From positions 1,768,507 through 1,832,506 of the forward strand of contig OY759598.1 of assembly GCA_963662435.1 (NCBI GenBank): DNA of 64,000 bases, in the 5' to 3' direction. A program made the position numbers and the translations under genes. This DNA comes from Dehalococcoidia bacterium (GTDB lineage: Bacteria > Chloroflexota > Dehalococcoidia > Lucifugimonadales > VXLM01). Each line of letters opens with the position of its first letter. Within the stretch, counting starts at the first letter, position 1. Below, piece by piece: positions 42,028-51,856 of the stretch. The notes below the pieces were generated by a model that made no database searches, had not been told where the DNA came from, and saw nothing but the letters and a program-made list of their open reading frames with translations.

Positions 42028-42692
42028 GCCAGCGTCTCCATGAGGTGTGCGAGCGACATGTCTGTAAGGGACTCAAGCTGCATGTCGGCGTGATCGTAGG
42101 AGCGGTCGCGGGTCAAAGTGCCGGGGACGGCGACACAGAGCAGGCCCGCGTTCTTCGCCCCCTGTACTCCGGTTGGGGAGTCCTCCAGGGCAAATGCCTC
42201 GTCCGGCGTCACGCCGAGGTCGGCGAGGGCCCTGAGGTAGGAAGCGGGATTGGGCTTAGAGCTGCCCACGTCGTCGGAGCACACGACGGTGTCGAATGTG
42301 TTGGCAAGCCCGAGCTGCTCCAGCTTGGGATGCACCCACCTGCGAGGAGAACTAGAAGCAATACCGATCCGCATGGCTCGCTCTCGTGCGGAGGCAATGT
42401 AGTCTTCGACGCCAGGAAGTGGGACCGCATTCTTGAATAGCTCTGCGAACTCCGCACTTCTCCGGATTCGCATCTTGTCGCGGTCAAACTGCCTGCCGGT
42501 AAGCTCCCCCAGGTGGTCATAGATGTTGAAGTTCTCGTTGCCTCCGCCGATATGAGGCGTCCACACCGACAGGGGCAGATCGACGCCGTATGAGCGAAAT
42601 ATGTTCAGCCACGCCTCATACTCGGGGACTTCGGTATCGACGATCAGGCCGTCGAAATCGAAGATTATTGCCTTGAACCTGGGTGTAGACAT
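42024..42692 (-). CDS. HAD superfamily phosphatase (subfamily IA)
   Basis: FDFDGLIVDTE, IASSS, KPNPASY, EDSPTG. Confidence 0.92.
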   Translation of the reverse strand: MSTPRFKAIIFDFDGLIVDTEVPEYEAWLNIFRSYGVDLPLSVWTPHIGGGNENFNIYDHLGELTGRQFDRDKMRIRRSAEFAELFKNAVPLPGVEDYIASARERAMRIGIASSSPRRWVHPKLEQLGLANTFDTVVCSDDVGSSKPNPASYLRALADLGVTPDEAFALEDSPTGVQGAKNAGLLCVAVPGTLTRDRSYDHADMQLESLTDMSLAHLMETLA

Positions 42693-42955
42693 GGGCTGAA
42701 TTCTATCTCGAAACCCTAGTTCAAGTCGTTATTTTCGCGGGTGGAGCCCTCGAACCTGTCATTGCGAATGTAGCGGAGCGCAATGGGGAATCCAGGGCCA
42801 TTATCCTCCATGCCAAGTTCCGTGGCTGGAATGGCATGAATCCGGACGGCAGGGAATTTCAGATTCCCTGTATCTTGGTTTTGTCATGGGACTATGACCC
42901 CGGAAAGGGTGAATGGGGTACTTTCTTGTAACCCACTTGGCGGAGTCTGGATTAA

Positions 42956-42984
42956 CCGGACATTTCCGGACATTTTCGGACATC
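42956..42984 (+). repeat. 10-bp tandem repeat x3 (CCGGACATTT)
   Basis: CCGGACATTT CCGGACATTT TCGGACATC. Confidence 0.75.
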
Positions 42985-43075
42985 GCTTGCTGCATTACAG
43001 ACTTACACTGATAGGGCCAAGGGTCATCACTCCGAGTTGGCGGGATTCCGTGTTCAGGGCGTGGGTGGAACCCGT

Positions 43076-44308
43076 CTAGTCCGGTTCTTCAAGTCCGAAG
43101 GCTGTGTGAAGGGCGCGGGCTGCATCGCCAACTCTGTCGGCGTCCACGACGCAGGTGATGCGAATCTCCGACGTGGTAATCATCTCGATGTTGATGCGCT
43201 CCTCGGCGAGGGCCCGGAACATGCGGCTGGCGTAACCGGGAGTGTTTTGCATGGCGGCGCCTACGACGCTGACCTTGGCGAGGTTGTCCGTCCTGATCAC
43301 GTCGTTCGCGCCGATGGTGTAGGCGACGTGCTGCAGGATTTCCAGTGCACGGCCGGCATCGTCACCGCTGACGGTAAAGGCGAGGTCGGTGGTGTCGCGC
43401 ACGGAGGCGTTCTGAACGATGATGTCCACGCTGATGTCTGCTTCGGCCAGTGGTTCGAGGAGGCTTGCGGAGATGCCTGGACGGTCGACGATACCGGTGA
43501 CCGTGATCTTGGCGACGTTGCGGTCGGTGGCGACGGCGCGCGCCCTGTTGCGAATCTCCCCTACCCTAGGTCCCATATCGGCCCCCTTGTGAATGAGCGT
43601 TCCCGGCGCGTCGCCGAAGCTGGAGGCGACGACGACGGGAACGTGGTGCTGCATTGCCAGTTCGATAGAGCGCGGCTGCATCTTCGCTCCTAAGCTGGCC
43701 ATCTCGAGCATCTCTTCGTAGCCGACTTCATTCAGCTTTCGCGCGTTCGGCACGTGCCGTGGGTCGGCGGTGTAGATGCCCTCGACATCCGTGTAGACCT
43801 CGCAGGCGTCTGCCTCGATTGCAGCGGCGATGGCGACCGCGGACAGGTCAGACGCTCCCCTGCCGAGGGTGGTCACGTCCATGTCCTCCGTGATGCCCTG
43901 AAAGCCCGCGACGACCACGACGCGACCCTCTTCCAACTCGCCCCGGATTCGACCCGAATCGACGGCGGCGATGCGGGCCTTTCCGTACCGAGAGTCGGTG
44001 CGGATGCCCGCCTGTGCCCCGCTGAGGCTCACGGCGTCGAGTCCCAGTGATTTCAGAGCCATAGCGACGAGGGTGCAGCTCATCTGCTCACCCGTAGAAA
44101 GGAGCGCATCGAGTTCGCGTGACTCGGGACGATCGGAGACCTGACCGGCCAGCTCGATGAGCCTGTCGGTCGTGTCGCCCATCGCGGACACCACGGCTAC
44201 GACACGGTCGCCGCGATGGCATGCGGCGTCGATCCGCTGCGCGACGTTCTTAATCTTCGCAGCGTCGGCGACGGAGGTCCCTCCGTATTTTTGAACTATA
44301 GTTGCCAT
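43076..44308 (-). CDS. lysC: Aspartate kinase
   Basis: VQKYGGTSV, VVSAMGDTTD, TTLGRGASD, YTDVEGIYTADP, two ACT domains, TSEIRI. Confidence 0.96.
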   Translation of the reverse strand: MATIVQKYGGTSVADAAKIKNVAQRIDAACHRGDRVVAVVSAMGDTTDRLIELAGQVSDRPESRELDALLSTGEQMSCTLVAMALKSLGLDAVSLSGAQAGIRTDSRYGKARIAAVDSGRIRGELEEGRVVVVAGFQGITEDMDVTTLGRGASDLSAVAIAAAIEADACEVYTDVEGIYTADPRHVPNARKLNEVGYEEMLEMASLGAKMQPRSIELAMQHHVPVVVASSFGDAPGTLIHKGADMGPRVGEIRNRARAVATDRNVAKITVTGIVDRPGISASLLEPLAEADISVDIIVQNASVRDTTDLAFTVSGDDAGRALEILQHVAYTIGANDVIRTDNLAKVSVVGAAMQNTPGYASRMFRALAEERINIEMITTSEIRITCVVDADRVGDAARALHTAFGLEEPD

Positions 44309-44440
44309 GTCCTGTTTGGATGTCCGTATCTTGCTTCGGATATTTCGAACCAGTCATACCAGTTTACCGCGTCCTGTGGCGATAACAAAATTGGGGCATA
44401 TTGTGTTGACGATTTCCATCATTTCAATGAAGGAGTTTGA

Positions 44441-44570
44441 CCCCGTATCTCGATAAGGGGCGGGGATGACGGTATCGGGGCCACATTCCTTCTCTTCTGG
44501 GAATGGATTTCTACCTACGCGGGAATGACGATAAGGGGTTCGCGGCAGGGGCGATTCGCGAATCGCCCCT
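44441..44570 (+). repeat. REP-like mosaic block including a perfect 24-bp palindrome (family D)
   Basis: C-like at ~44504; AGGGGCGATTCGCGAATCGCCCCT at 44547-44570. Confidence 0.8.
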
Positions 44571-44629
44571 AAGGGAGGTTGGACGAGGGTAATTTTCATA
44601 GGAGCAACTTGAGTGACATTACGAGCCGT

Positions 44630-44658
44630 TTGACGCGCTATCCAGGGTCTGCTACATT
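44630..44658 (+). promoter_or_regulatory. Sigma70-type promoter of the ankyrin gene
   Basis: TTGACG, 17 bp, TG-n-TACATT (extended -10). Confidence 0.7.
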
Positions 44659-44660
44659 CG

Positions 44661-44793
44661 AGCCGTGCTCATGAGGGAGCCGCCGAGTTCGCGGAAAGGC
44701 CTGAGGCCACCTCATCGTTATTCACGAATCAGCTGTCGTTCACTCGACGCTCTTTCTGCCTGATGCACGCGGACCACGGGCTAGAGGAAGGAG
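44661..44793 (+). ncRNA. Candidate structured 5' leader RNA of the ankyrin gene
   Basis: Several complementary segment pairs between the promoter and the SD (see findings). Confidence 0.4.
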
Positions 44794-44799
44794 TGTCTC

Positions 44800-47163
44800 A
44801 TGTCCCCTCATCTATCGCTGCCGCCCAATCCCAACCTCAGGCAGCTCAGGAACCAGGCGAAGGACCTATGGAGGGCCTTCAAGTACGGCAGCCCCGAGGC
44901 GGCGCTGCGTTTTCGCGAGTCGATACCTCAGCTGGCCAGTCTGTCGGACACGGATGTCTTTGGCGCGAAGCTCGGATTGAAAGATGCCCAGCGGGCGATT
45001 GCGGCCGAGTATGGGTTTGCCGATTGGGAGTCCCTCAGACGGCACGTAGAGGCTGTCTCATCCGGCAAGCAAGGGCCGGTCTACCCCGAGGGTGATCTGC
45101 CGGAACGGGTCGCGGCCATTCTCAGGGCGGTCGAGGATGCCGATGTCAACCGGGTAAGAGCGTTGCTCGATGACGATCCCGCGCTTGTCCACGTTCGCGT
45201 TCGGAGCGACTTCGAGGAGGGTGATACCCTGCTCCACCGGTCCGCTCCGCATCAAGTCGACGACGGCACGCATCCCGACGATCCCCACCTGCAGGTGGCG
45301 CAGCTGCTGATCGACCACGGGGCCGACATCGACGCGGTGGGGGGACACGAAAACACCGTAGGATCAACGGCTCTCGACGCGGCTACGTGGGCAGGCAGAG
45401 TGGGCATGGTGAGGCTGTTGCTCGCGAACGGGGCCGATCCGGAAAAGGGCGGCCACGAAGGGGTCGACTACAATCCTGTCAGCACGGCGGTGAGTCACGG
45501 GCGGAAGGAGATCTTCAAGCTGTTGATCGAGGCGGGGGCAACGTACGGCATACAGCACACGATTCGAATGGGGATGCTGGAGGAGACGCGAGAACTGCTG
45601 GACGCCGATCCGGGGTTGTTGAACAGGACGAAGAGGGCCGACCCACGCTGGCCGGAGGGTGAGGTGCCGCTGATTCTTGCGGCGGGAGAACGGGACATTT
45701 TCAATCTGCTGCTGGAGCGGGGCGCCGATGTGAATGCCCGTGACCCGCAGGGATATACGCCCCTGATGGCTGCACGTTCCATGGGGGATTACGCGGGCGT
45801 ACAGGCCCTCTTGGAGCGCGGGGTATCGCAGGACATCTTCGGGGCGATCATGGACAGGGACGCCGACCTGATTAGGGAATTGCTGAGGGACGATCCTAGT
45901 GCGGCGAATCCCCTGGGAGAAGGGCCAGTGCCCTTGATCTGGGCGGGACGGTACGGCGACCGCGAGATCATCAGGATGCTGCTCGAAGCGGGCGCGGAAC
46001 CGAACGTCTGGCGCAATGTCGACCACTTCGCCAAGACCGCGCTGGACATGGTGGTCTCGCATCAGGACGACGATGCGGTGCGCCTGATGCTGGACTACGG
46101 GGCCGATCCGGAGTTCAAGGGGGATGATGACCGCTCGACGACAATCCGCGTCGCACTGCGGAACGGAACTTTAGGTGGATTGAAGATGCTGCTGGAGGCG
46201 GGGGCAGACGCGAACCTGGCAGACAACTTCTTCGGTGCGTGGGGCGGAAACGTCGCCAAGATCAAGGTGCTGCTCGATCACGGGCGGGTCGTCGGGAGGG
46301 ACTGTCCGCCCGGCGGACTGGGGCGTGAGGACCTGGGCATCGCGGCGGGCAACGGGCAGACCTTGGCGGTAGAGTTGCTGATCTGCCACGGGGCGGACCC
46401 GGAGTACGTGGGCAGGGACAGGATGACGGCGGTGCAGTTGGCGCGGAAGGAGCGGCACGCCTCGACAATCGAGCTCTTGGAGGAACATGCCGAGATACGC
46501 AAGTTGCCGGAAGACGTGGCGGGTAACGTGCTGGCGCAAAGACGGATGCTGCTCGATGCGTATATTGACGGAACCGCGGATGAGGTGGCGAGGGTATTGG
46601 ATGAAGTGCCGTCGCTGATGGATTCCAACGTATTTCGCGTGTCGCTCCTCCACGAAGCGGCATTCAATAGGAAGGTCGACGTGGTCGATGTCTTGGTCGA
46701 GCGAGGTGCTCCCATGACGATCCACGCGGCGGCGGCGCTGGGGCGAGTGGAGCTTGTCCGTGCGATGCTGGACGCCGACCCGACGCTGTTGGAAGCGCTC
46801 TACGTAGACCGACCAATGGACGAGCAGACTCCACTCAAGATCGCTGCGAACATGGCCGAAATGGGAGTCTGTAATCTGCTGCTCGACCGGGGAGCGGACA
46901 TCAACGGGCAGATTACCCTTCCGGGCGGAGGCAATGGGGCGAGCACGGTGCTGCATGGAGCCGTCTACAGCGGTTCGGTCGAGATGGTTGCGCTGGCTCT
47001 GGAGAGAGGCGCTGACGTTCGTCTGACAAACTCGTGGGGAGCGACGGCGCTTGGGACGAATTGGCCGAGCCCGCGACGCACCCGTGCACCGGAGATAGGC
47101 GAGCTCCTGATCGCGCATGGGGCAGACCCGGAGGACCAGCCGAGGGGACAGCTGATTCATTAG
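44800..47163 (+). CDS. Ankyrin repeat protein
   Basis: Repeated LL..GAD.N / TPL..AA units; N-terminal LPPNPNLRQLRNQAKDL...DAQRAIAAEYGFADW domain. Confidence 0.92.
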   Translation: MSPHLSLPPNPNLRQLRNQAKDLWRAFKYGSPEAALRFRESIPQLASLSDTDVFGAKLGLKDAQRAIAAEYGFADWESLRRHVEAVSSGKQGPVYPEGDLPERVAAILRAVEDADVNRVRALLDDDPALVHVRVRSDFEEGDTLLHRSAPHQVDDGTHPDDPHLQVAQLLIDHGADIDAVGGHENTVGSTALDAATWAGRVGMVRLLLANGADPEKGGHEGVDYNPVSTAVSHGRKEIFKLLIEAGATYGIQHTIRMGMLEETRELLDADPGLLNRTKRADPRWPEGEVPLILAAGERDIFNLLLERGADVNARDPQGYTPLMAARSMGDYAGVQALLERGVSQDIFGAIMDRDADLIRELLRDDPSAANPLGEGPVPLIWAGRYGDREIIRMLLEAGAEPNVWRNVDHFAKTALDMVVSHQDDDAVRLMLDYGADPEFKGDDDRSTTIRVALRNGTLGGLKMLLEAGADANLADNFFGAWGGNVAKIKVLLDHGRVVGRDCPPGGLGREDLGIAAGNGQTLAVELLICHGADPEYVGRDRMTAVQLARKERHASTIELLEEHAEIRKLPEDVAGNVLAQRRMLLDAYIDGTADEVARVLDEVPSLMDSNVFRVSLLHEAAFNRKVDVVDVLVERGAPMTIHAAAALGRVELVRAMLDADPTLLEALYVDRPMDEQTPLKIAANMAEMGVCNLLLDRGADINGQITLPGGGNGASTVLHGAVYSGSVEMVALALERGADVRLTNSWGATALGTNWPSPRRTRAPEIGELLIAHGADPEDQPRGQLIH

Positions 47164-47204
47164 GGGCTGGCAGGGCTAGGCATTTGCCGTCACCTCAGCC
47201 CTCG

Positions 47205-47620
47205 AATCGAGTACGGGGCAAGCTCTACGCCGCAAACGGGAGAGGGGGTTCTTCATTCACCAAGACGCAACCCCGGCACTGCCACTCTGAGCGGAGCGCA
47301 GCGAAGTCGAAGAATCTAAAGTGTCTGTTGCAAGGTATAACCACCATAGGGCGTTCTTAACACCGTTTCCATTCTTAGTCACGAGATAAGCGCGGCGCCG
47401 GCTGTCCGGTCTTGCGGTTATGGCTTTTAGATTCCTCGCTGCACTCGGAATGACAGGCAAGGGGGCGGAGTCATACCTACAGATCCGTTTTGCCTACCCC
47501 TGTCAGCCTATAGGGGGGGAGGTTCTTGTGGACTGTGGTACACGGCGGCTGGCTTCAGGCCTACAGGGGAATGACGGTGTGGGGTTGGCGGTAAGGGCGA
47601 ATCGCGAATCGCCCCTACGG
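47205..47620 (+). repeat. Long composite REP/MITE-like element, copy 1
   Basis: Collinear with ~51205-51680; inner segment bounded by TGCCACTCTGAGCG / CACTCGGAATGACA inverted ends. Confidence 0.85.
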
Positions 47621-47784
47621 GAGGTTATGCAGTGATGTCAATTCGTGGGAGTGACGACTTAGGGTGCGTTGCTGTCCTCCAAGAGAGGTGATGACTAGAC
47701 TGTCGTCGACTCGCGCATCGGACTTTGCCTAGCGAACCGGAGGTTCGTTTGATAGTATACGGTGCCGATTAGAAGGAGGAAGGC

Positions 47785-48924
47785 ATGGGCACAGACGGCA
47801 ACGGCAAGCACCCCGTTTTGGTGGTTTTGCAACTCACGGGCGGGAACGACTACATGAACACGGTCGTCCCGTACAGTGATCCTTTGTACTACGACAATCG
47901 AACGACCCTGGGCGTGCCTGAGGACGAGGTCGTGAAAATCGACGATAAGGTGGGCTTCAACCCGGCTCTGGGCCCGCTCAAGGATATCTACGATAGTGGG
48001 GAGATGGCGGTCATTCACGGGGTCGGCTTCCCGGAATCTACCCGCTCGCACTTCAGGGCGATGGACATCTGGCACACGTCCGAGCCGCACAAGGTGGGGA
48101 CTGAGGGGTGGCTGGGACGAGCGATTCGCGACCTCGATCCTGAGGGTGAGAACCCCGTGACGGCGGTGAACATCGGACAGGGACTTCCCAGGGCGCTGGT
48201 GGCACCGGGCGCGTCCGTGGCGTCGGTGGCTGACCTCTCGACGTACGGTCTGCTGACCGGCATCGAGGAGCAGCAGGAACGGGCGAAGATGCTCGACCGC
48301 TTCGCCAACATCTACTCGCCCGCAGTCGGGTCGGGTCCGGTCATGGACTACCTGGCGCAGACGGGACTGGACGCACTGAGGGGCGCGGACATGCTCAAGA
48401 CGGCTCCGGCAGGCTATCAGTCGAACGTGGAGTACGCCAACACGCCTCTCGCCAAGAAGCTGCGTGACGTGGCGATGGTCCACGCGGCCGATCTCGGGAC
48501 GCGAATCTTCTATACGGAGCATGGCGGGTACGATACCCATGCAAGCCAGGCGAACAATCACCCGAAGCTCCTCGGCGACGTGGCCTCGGCGGTAACGGAC
48601 TTCTGGGATGACCTGAAAGAGCAGGATGCGGCGGACAACGTGATCATGTTCGTCTTCACGGAGTTCGGACGGCGCGTGAAGGAGAACGGCACCGGCACCG
48701 ACCACGGCGCGGGCGGAGTCTCGTTCATCATCGGCCCGAAGGCGGTCGGTGGACAGCACAACGATTTCCCGTCTATGAAGCTCGAGGACCTGAGAGAGGG
48801 CGATCTCGCGCCGGACCAGGACTTCCGCGGGGTCTACACTTCGATACTCGAAGACTGGTTTGCGCTTGACGCCAAGCCCATCGTGAACGGGACGTTCGAG
48901 AAGCCGGCGCTCATCCAGAATTGA
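47785..48924 (+). CDS. DUF1501 domain protein
   Basis: LVVLQLTGGND, RSHFRAMDIW, GWLGR, GGYDTHA, TEFGRRV.ENG.GTDHG, DFRGVY. Confidence 0.9.
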   Translation: MGTDGNGKHPVLVVLQLTGGNDYMNTVVPYSDPLYYDNRTTLGVPEDEVVKIDDKVGFNPALGPLKDIYDSGEMAVIHGVGFPESTRSHFRAMDIWHTSEPHKVGTEGWLGRAIRDLDPEGENPVTAVNIGQGLPRALVAPGASVASVADLSTYGLLTGIEEQQERAKMLDRFANIYSPAVGSGPVMDYLAQTGLDALRGADMLKTAPAGYQSNVEYANTPLAKKLRDVAMVHAADLGTRIFYTEHGGYDTHASQANNHPKLLGDVASAVTDFWDDLKEQDAADNVIMFVFTEFGRRVKENGTGTDHGAGGVSFIIGPKAVGGQHNDFPSMKLEDLREGDLAPDQDFRGVYTSILEDWFALDAKPIVNGTFEKPALIQN

Positions 48925-48983
48925 TCCATAGGGACGAGGCGTATGATCTCTCGCGTTGAGAGAGGTACCGTGGTGAATGGCCC

Positions 48984-50039
48984 ATGATTACTACAACCGC
49001 TGCGGGGCGAACGTGGCACTTCGACCGGTCGCTGGGGCGGCCTACGAACGAGCACAACGGGAAGGTCGGCGGCTACCGCTATCCGGTCGATCTTGCCATC
49101 GCCCCTGACGGCAACATATTCGTGCTGAGCCGCGGAAACCAGTTCGGCCAGGGACAGATCGCCTACCGTGACAACGGACGCGTCGGCAAAACGACGCTTG
49201 ACGAGCACCATCTAGGGGACTTCGCCCGCAAGGAGTTCACGTGGCCCGCAGGCATCGCGGTGGACTCGGAGGGATGGGTCTACGTTTCCGATGAGTACGA
49301 GAACGTCGTCAAGAAATTCGATCCAGAGGCCACTCAACCGTTTCCCACGTTCGACCCCGATGGCGAGGCGATTGCCACGTTCGGGACGCATGGCGCGGGA
49401 CCCGGTCAGCTGGACGGCCCGACGGGAATCCAGTTCGATTCGGACGACCATCTCTGGGTGGTCGAGAGCAGGAACAACCGAGTCCAGAAGTTCACGAAGG
49501 ACGGGGATTTTCTGGTGGCGTTCGGCAGTCCGGGTACCGGGGCGGGCGAGTTCAACAGGCCGTGGGGGATCACCTTCGACGGGAACGGTGACATCTATGT
49601 TGCCGACTGGGGAAACGACCGCGTGCAGAAGTTCACGCCCGACGGCCAGCACCTCATGAGCTTCGGCGAGGAGTATGGCGGCGAACTCAAGCGTCCGGCG
49701 AACGTCGCCGTGGACAGCGAGGGCGACATCTATGTCACAGACTTCGGGAACCGACGGGTGCGGGTGTACGAGCCCAACGGCGATATCCTGACAACATTCC
49801 AAGGAGACGCGACTACGTTGTCGAAGGCGGGAGAGTACATAATCCGACGTGATCCCGGAACCATCAAGGCGTACCGGCAGGTCAAGGACTACACGTCCAT
49901 GGGCAGGTTCCAGAGACCGACTGGTATCGAGATCGACGGCGAGGACCGCGTGCTGGTGGCAGACCTGTGCGGAAGGTTGCAGGTATACGTCAAGGACCAT
50001 GAGTTCGTGGCGCCGGAAGTGAAACTGGAGCTGGAGTAG
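48984..50039 (+). CDS. NHL-repeat (six-bladed beta-propeller) protein, paralogue 1
   Basis: Repeated P.GI.vD..G.iYV.D.gN.RVQKF. Confidence 0.9.
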   Translation: MITTTAAGRTWHFDRSLGRPTNEHNGKVGGYRYPVDLAIAPDGNIFVLSRGNQFGQGQIAYRDNGRVGKTTLDEHHLGDFARKEFTWPAGIAVDSEGWVYVSDEYENVVKKFDPEATQPFPTFDPDGEAIATFGTHGAGPGQLDGPTGIQFDSDDHLWVVESRNNRVQKFTKDGDFLVAFGSPGTGAGEFNRPWGITFDGNGDIYVADWGNDRVQKFTPDGQHLMSFGEEYGGELKRPANVAVDSEGDIYVTDFGNRRVRVYEPNGDILTTFQGDATTLSKAGEYIIRRDPGTIKAYRQVKDYTSMGRFQRPTGIEIDGEDRVLVADLCGRLQVYVKDHEFVAPEVKLELE

Positions 50040-50040
50040 G

Positions 50041-51093
50041 ATGATTACGACAATGGCCGCGGGGAGAACGTGGCACTTCGACCGTTCGCTGGGACGCCCG
50101 ACGAATGAACACAACGGCAATGTAGGCGGATTCCGCTACCCTACCGACCTGGCGATTGCGCCTGGCGAGATACTCTTCGTGCTGAACAAGGGATACCAGA
50201 TCACGGAGCAGATGGACCACCGGGACAATGGACGAATCGGCAAGACGACGCTCGATGAGCACCACCTGGGGGACTTTGCTCGGCAGGACTTCGTCTGGCC
50301 GGGGGGAATAGCCCTCGACGGCGACGGATGGGTCTACGTGACAGATGAGTACCTCAACGTGGTGCGTCGCTACGACCCTGAGGGAGTCCGGGCGTATCCT
50401 GGCAACGACCCGAGCGGCGAATGGGTCTCCAGTTGGGGCGAGGCGGGAAGCGGACCGGGCCAGCTGGACGGGCCGACCTGCATCGCGTTCGATTCCGAGG
50501 GCAATTTACACGTCGTCGAGAGCCGAAATCATCGCGTCCAGAAGTTCACGAAAGACGGGCAGTACCTATCGGGCTTCGGAGGCCATGGCACCGGAGTGGG
50601 CGAGTTTGACCGGCCCTGGGGGATCACCATCGATAAGGACGGTTACATCTATGTTGTCGACTGGGGCAACAGCCGGGTGCAGAAGTTCTCATCCGATGGC
50701 GAATATGTGATGTCCTTCGGCACGGAGTTTGGCGGAGAGTTGAACCATCCGGCGAATGTGGCGGTGGACAGCGAGGGCGACGTGTACGTGACGGACTTCG
50801 GCAACCGTCGGGTGCAGGTGTACGAGCCGAACGGCGACATCCTGACGGCCTTCTACGGAGACGCGACGACGCTGTCGAAGGCGGGGGAGTACATCATCCG
50901 GCGCGACCCCGGCACGATCAAGGCATACCGCCAGGTCAAGGACTACACGCAGATGGGACGGTTCCAGCGTCCCACGGGCATCGAGGTCGACGAGCAGGAC
51001 CGCATTATCGTGGCGGACGCCTGCGGGCGGCTGCAGGTATATGCGAAGGACCACGCGTTCGTGGCGCCGGAGGTCAAGCTGGAGCTTGAGTGA
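50041..51093 (+). CDS. NHL-repeat protein, paralogue 2
   Basis: Same motifs; highly similar to 48984-50039. Confidence 0.9.
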   Translation: MITTMAAGRTWHFDRSLGRPTNEHNGNVGGFRYPTDLAIAPGEILFVLNKGYQITEQMDHRDNGRIGKTTLDEHHLGDFARQDFVWPGGIALDGDGWVYVTDEYLNVVRRYDPEGVRAYPGNDPSGEWVSSWGEAGSGPGQLDGPTCIAFDSEGNLHVVESRNHRVQKFTKDGQYLSGFGGHGTGVGEFDRPWGITIDKDGYIYVVDWGNSRVQKFSSDGEYVMSFGTEFGGELNHPANVAVDSEGDVYVTDFGNRRVQVYEPNGDILTAFYGDATTLSKAGEYIIRRDPGTIKAYRQVKDYTQMGRFQRPTGIEVDEQDRIIVADACGRLQVYAKDHAFVAPEVKLELE

Positions 51094-51102
51094 GGGGCCG
51101 CG

Positions 51103-51680
51103 CCCCTTCTCTGTTCTCTCCCCCGGCGGGGGAGAGATTGGACTCCCGCCTGCGCGGGAGTGACGAAGACAAGTATGGCTGCGTCCTAGGTCGCTTGGGT
51201 CCGCGGGTCTAACCCTCACCCTACCGCATTTCGCAAATGGGAGAAGGGAGTCTACGTTCACCTGAACGCTACCCTGGCACTGTCATTCTGAGCGGTGCGT
51301 AGCGGAGTCGAAGTATCTAAGGTGTATGTCGCAAGGTAAAGCCACCATAGGGCGTTCTTACGCCCGTTTTCACTCTAGGTCACGATAGAAGCACGGCACC
51401 GGCTGTCCGGTGTTGTGGTTATGGATTCTAGATTCCTCGCTCCGCTCGGAATGACAGGCAAGAGGGCAGAATAATAGCTGCAGGTCCGTTTTGCTTACCC
51501 CTGTCAGCCTGGGGAGATTATTGTGGACGGTGGTACACGGTGGCTGGATTCCCGCTTTTGGGGGAATAACGATAAGTGGTCTTGGCGTTCACTTTCATAC
51601 CAATCGCTAATGTCGGTTGTCACCGAAACCACCAATCATGAATTTGGCCGTAAGGGCGATTCGCGAATCGCCCTTACGGG
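51103..51680 (+). repeat. REP mosaic with long composite element, copy 2
   Basis: E at 51103, C at 51140, long element ~51205-51571, perfect 32-bp palindrome at 51648-51679. Confidence 0.85.
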
Positions 51681-51856
51681 ATACTTGGTTTCAGGGTGAT
51701 GACGGAAGTGGTAGAGGCTATGTCTTGAGTGCAGGAGAGGGGATAAGCGGGGGCTCTTGCCTTCACGTGCGTATCGGTGAATGCAGGGCGGGCTTTTTCT
51801 CCGCCACCCTAGCGCATTCCGCGACGGTAGAGGGGACGTGAGCTAGCGATGGGTTA

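Noticed and set aside
47733..47747. LexA box; also AGAAC-GAT-GTTCT at ~19468-19480
   Set aside because: Spacing is N5 and N3 rather than GAAC-N4-GTTC; the second is better explained as an rRNA leader hairpin
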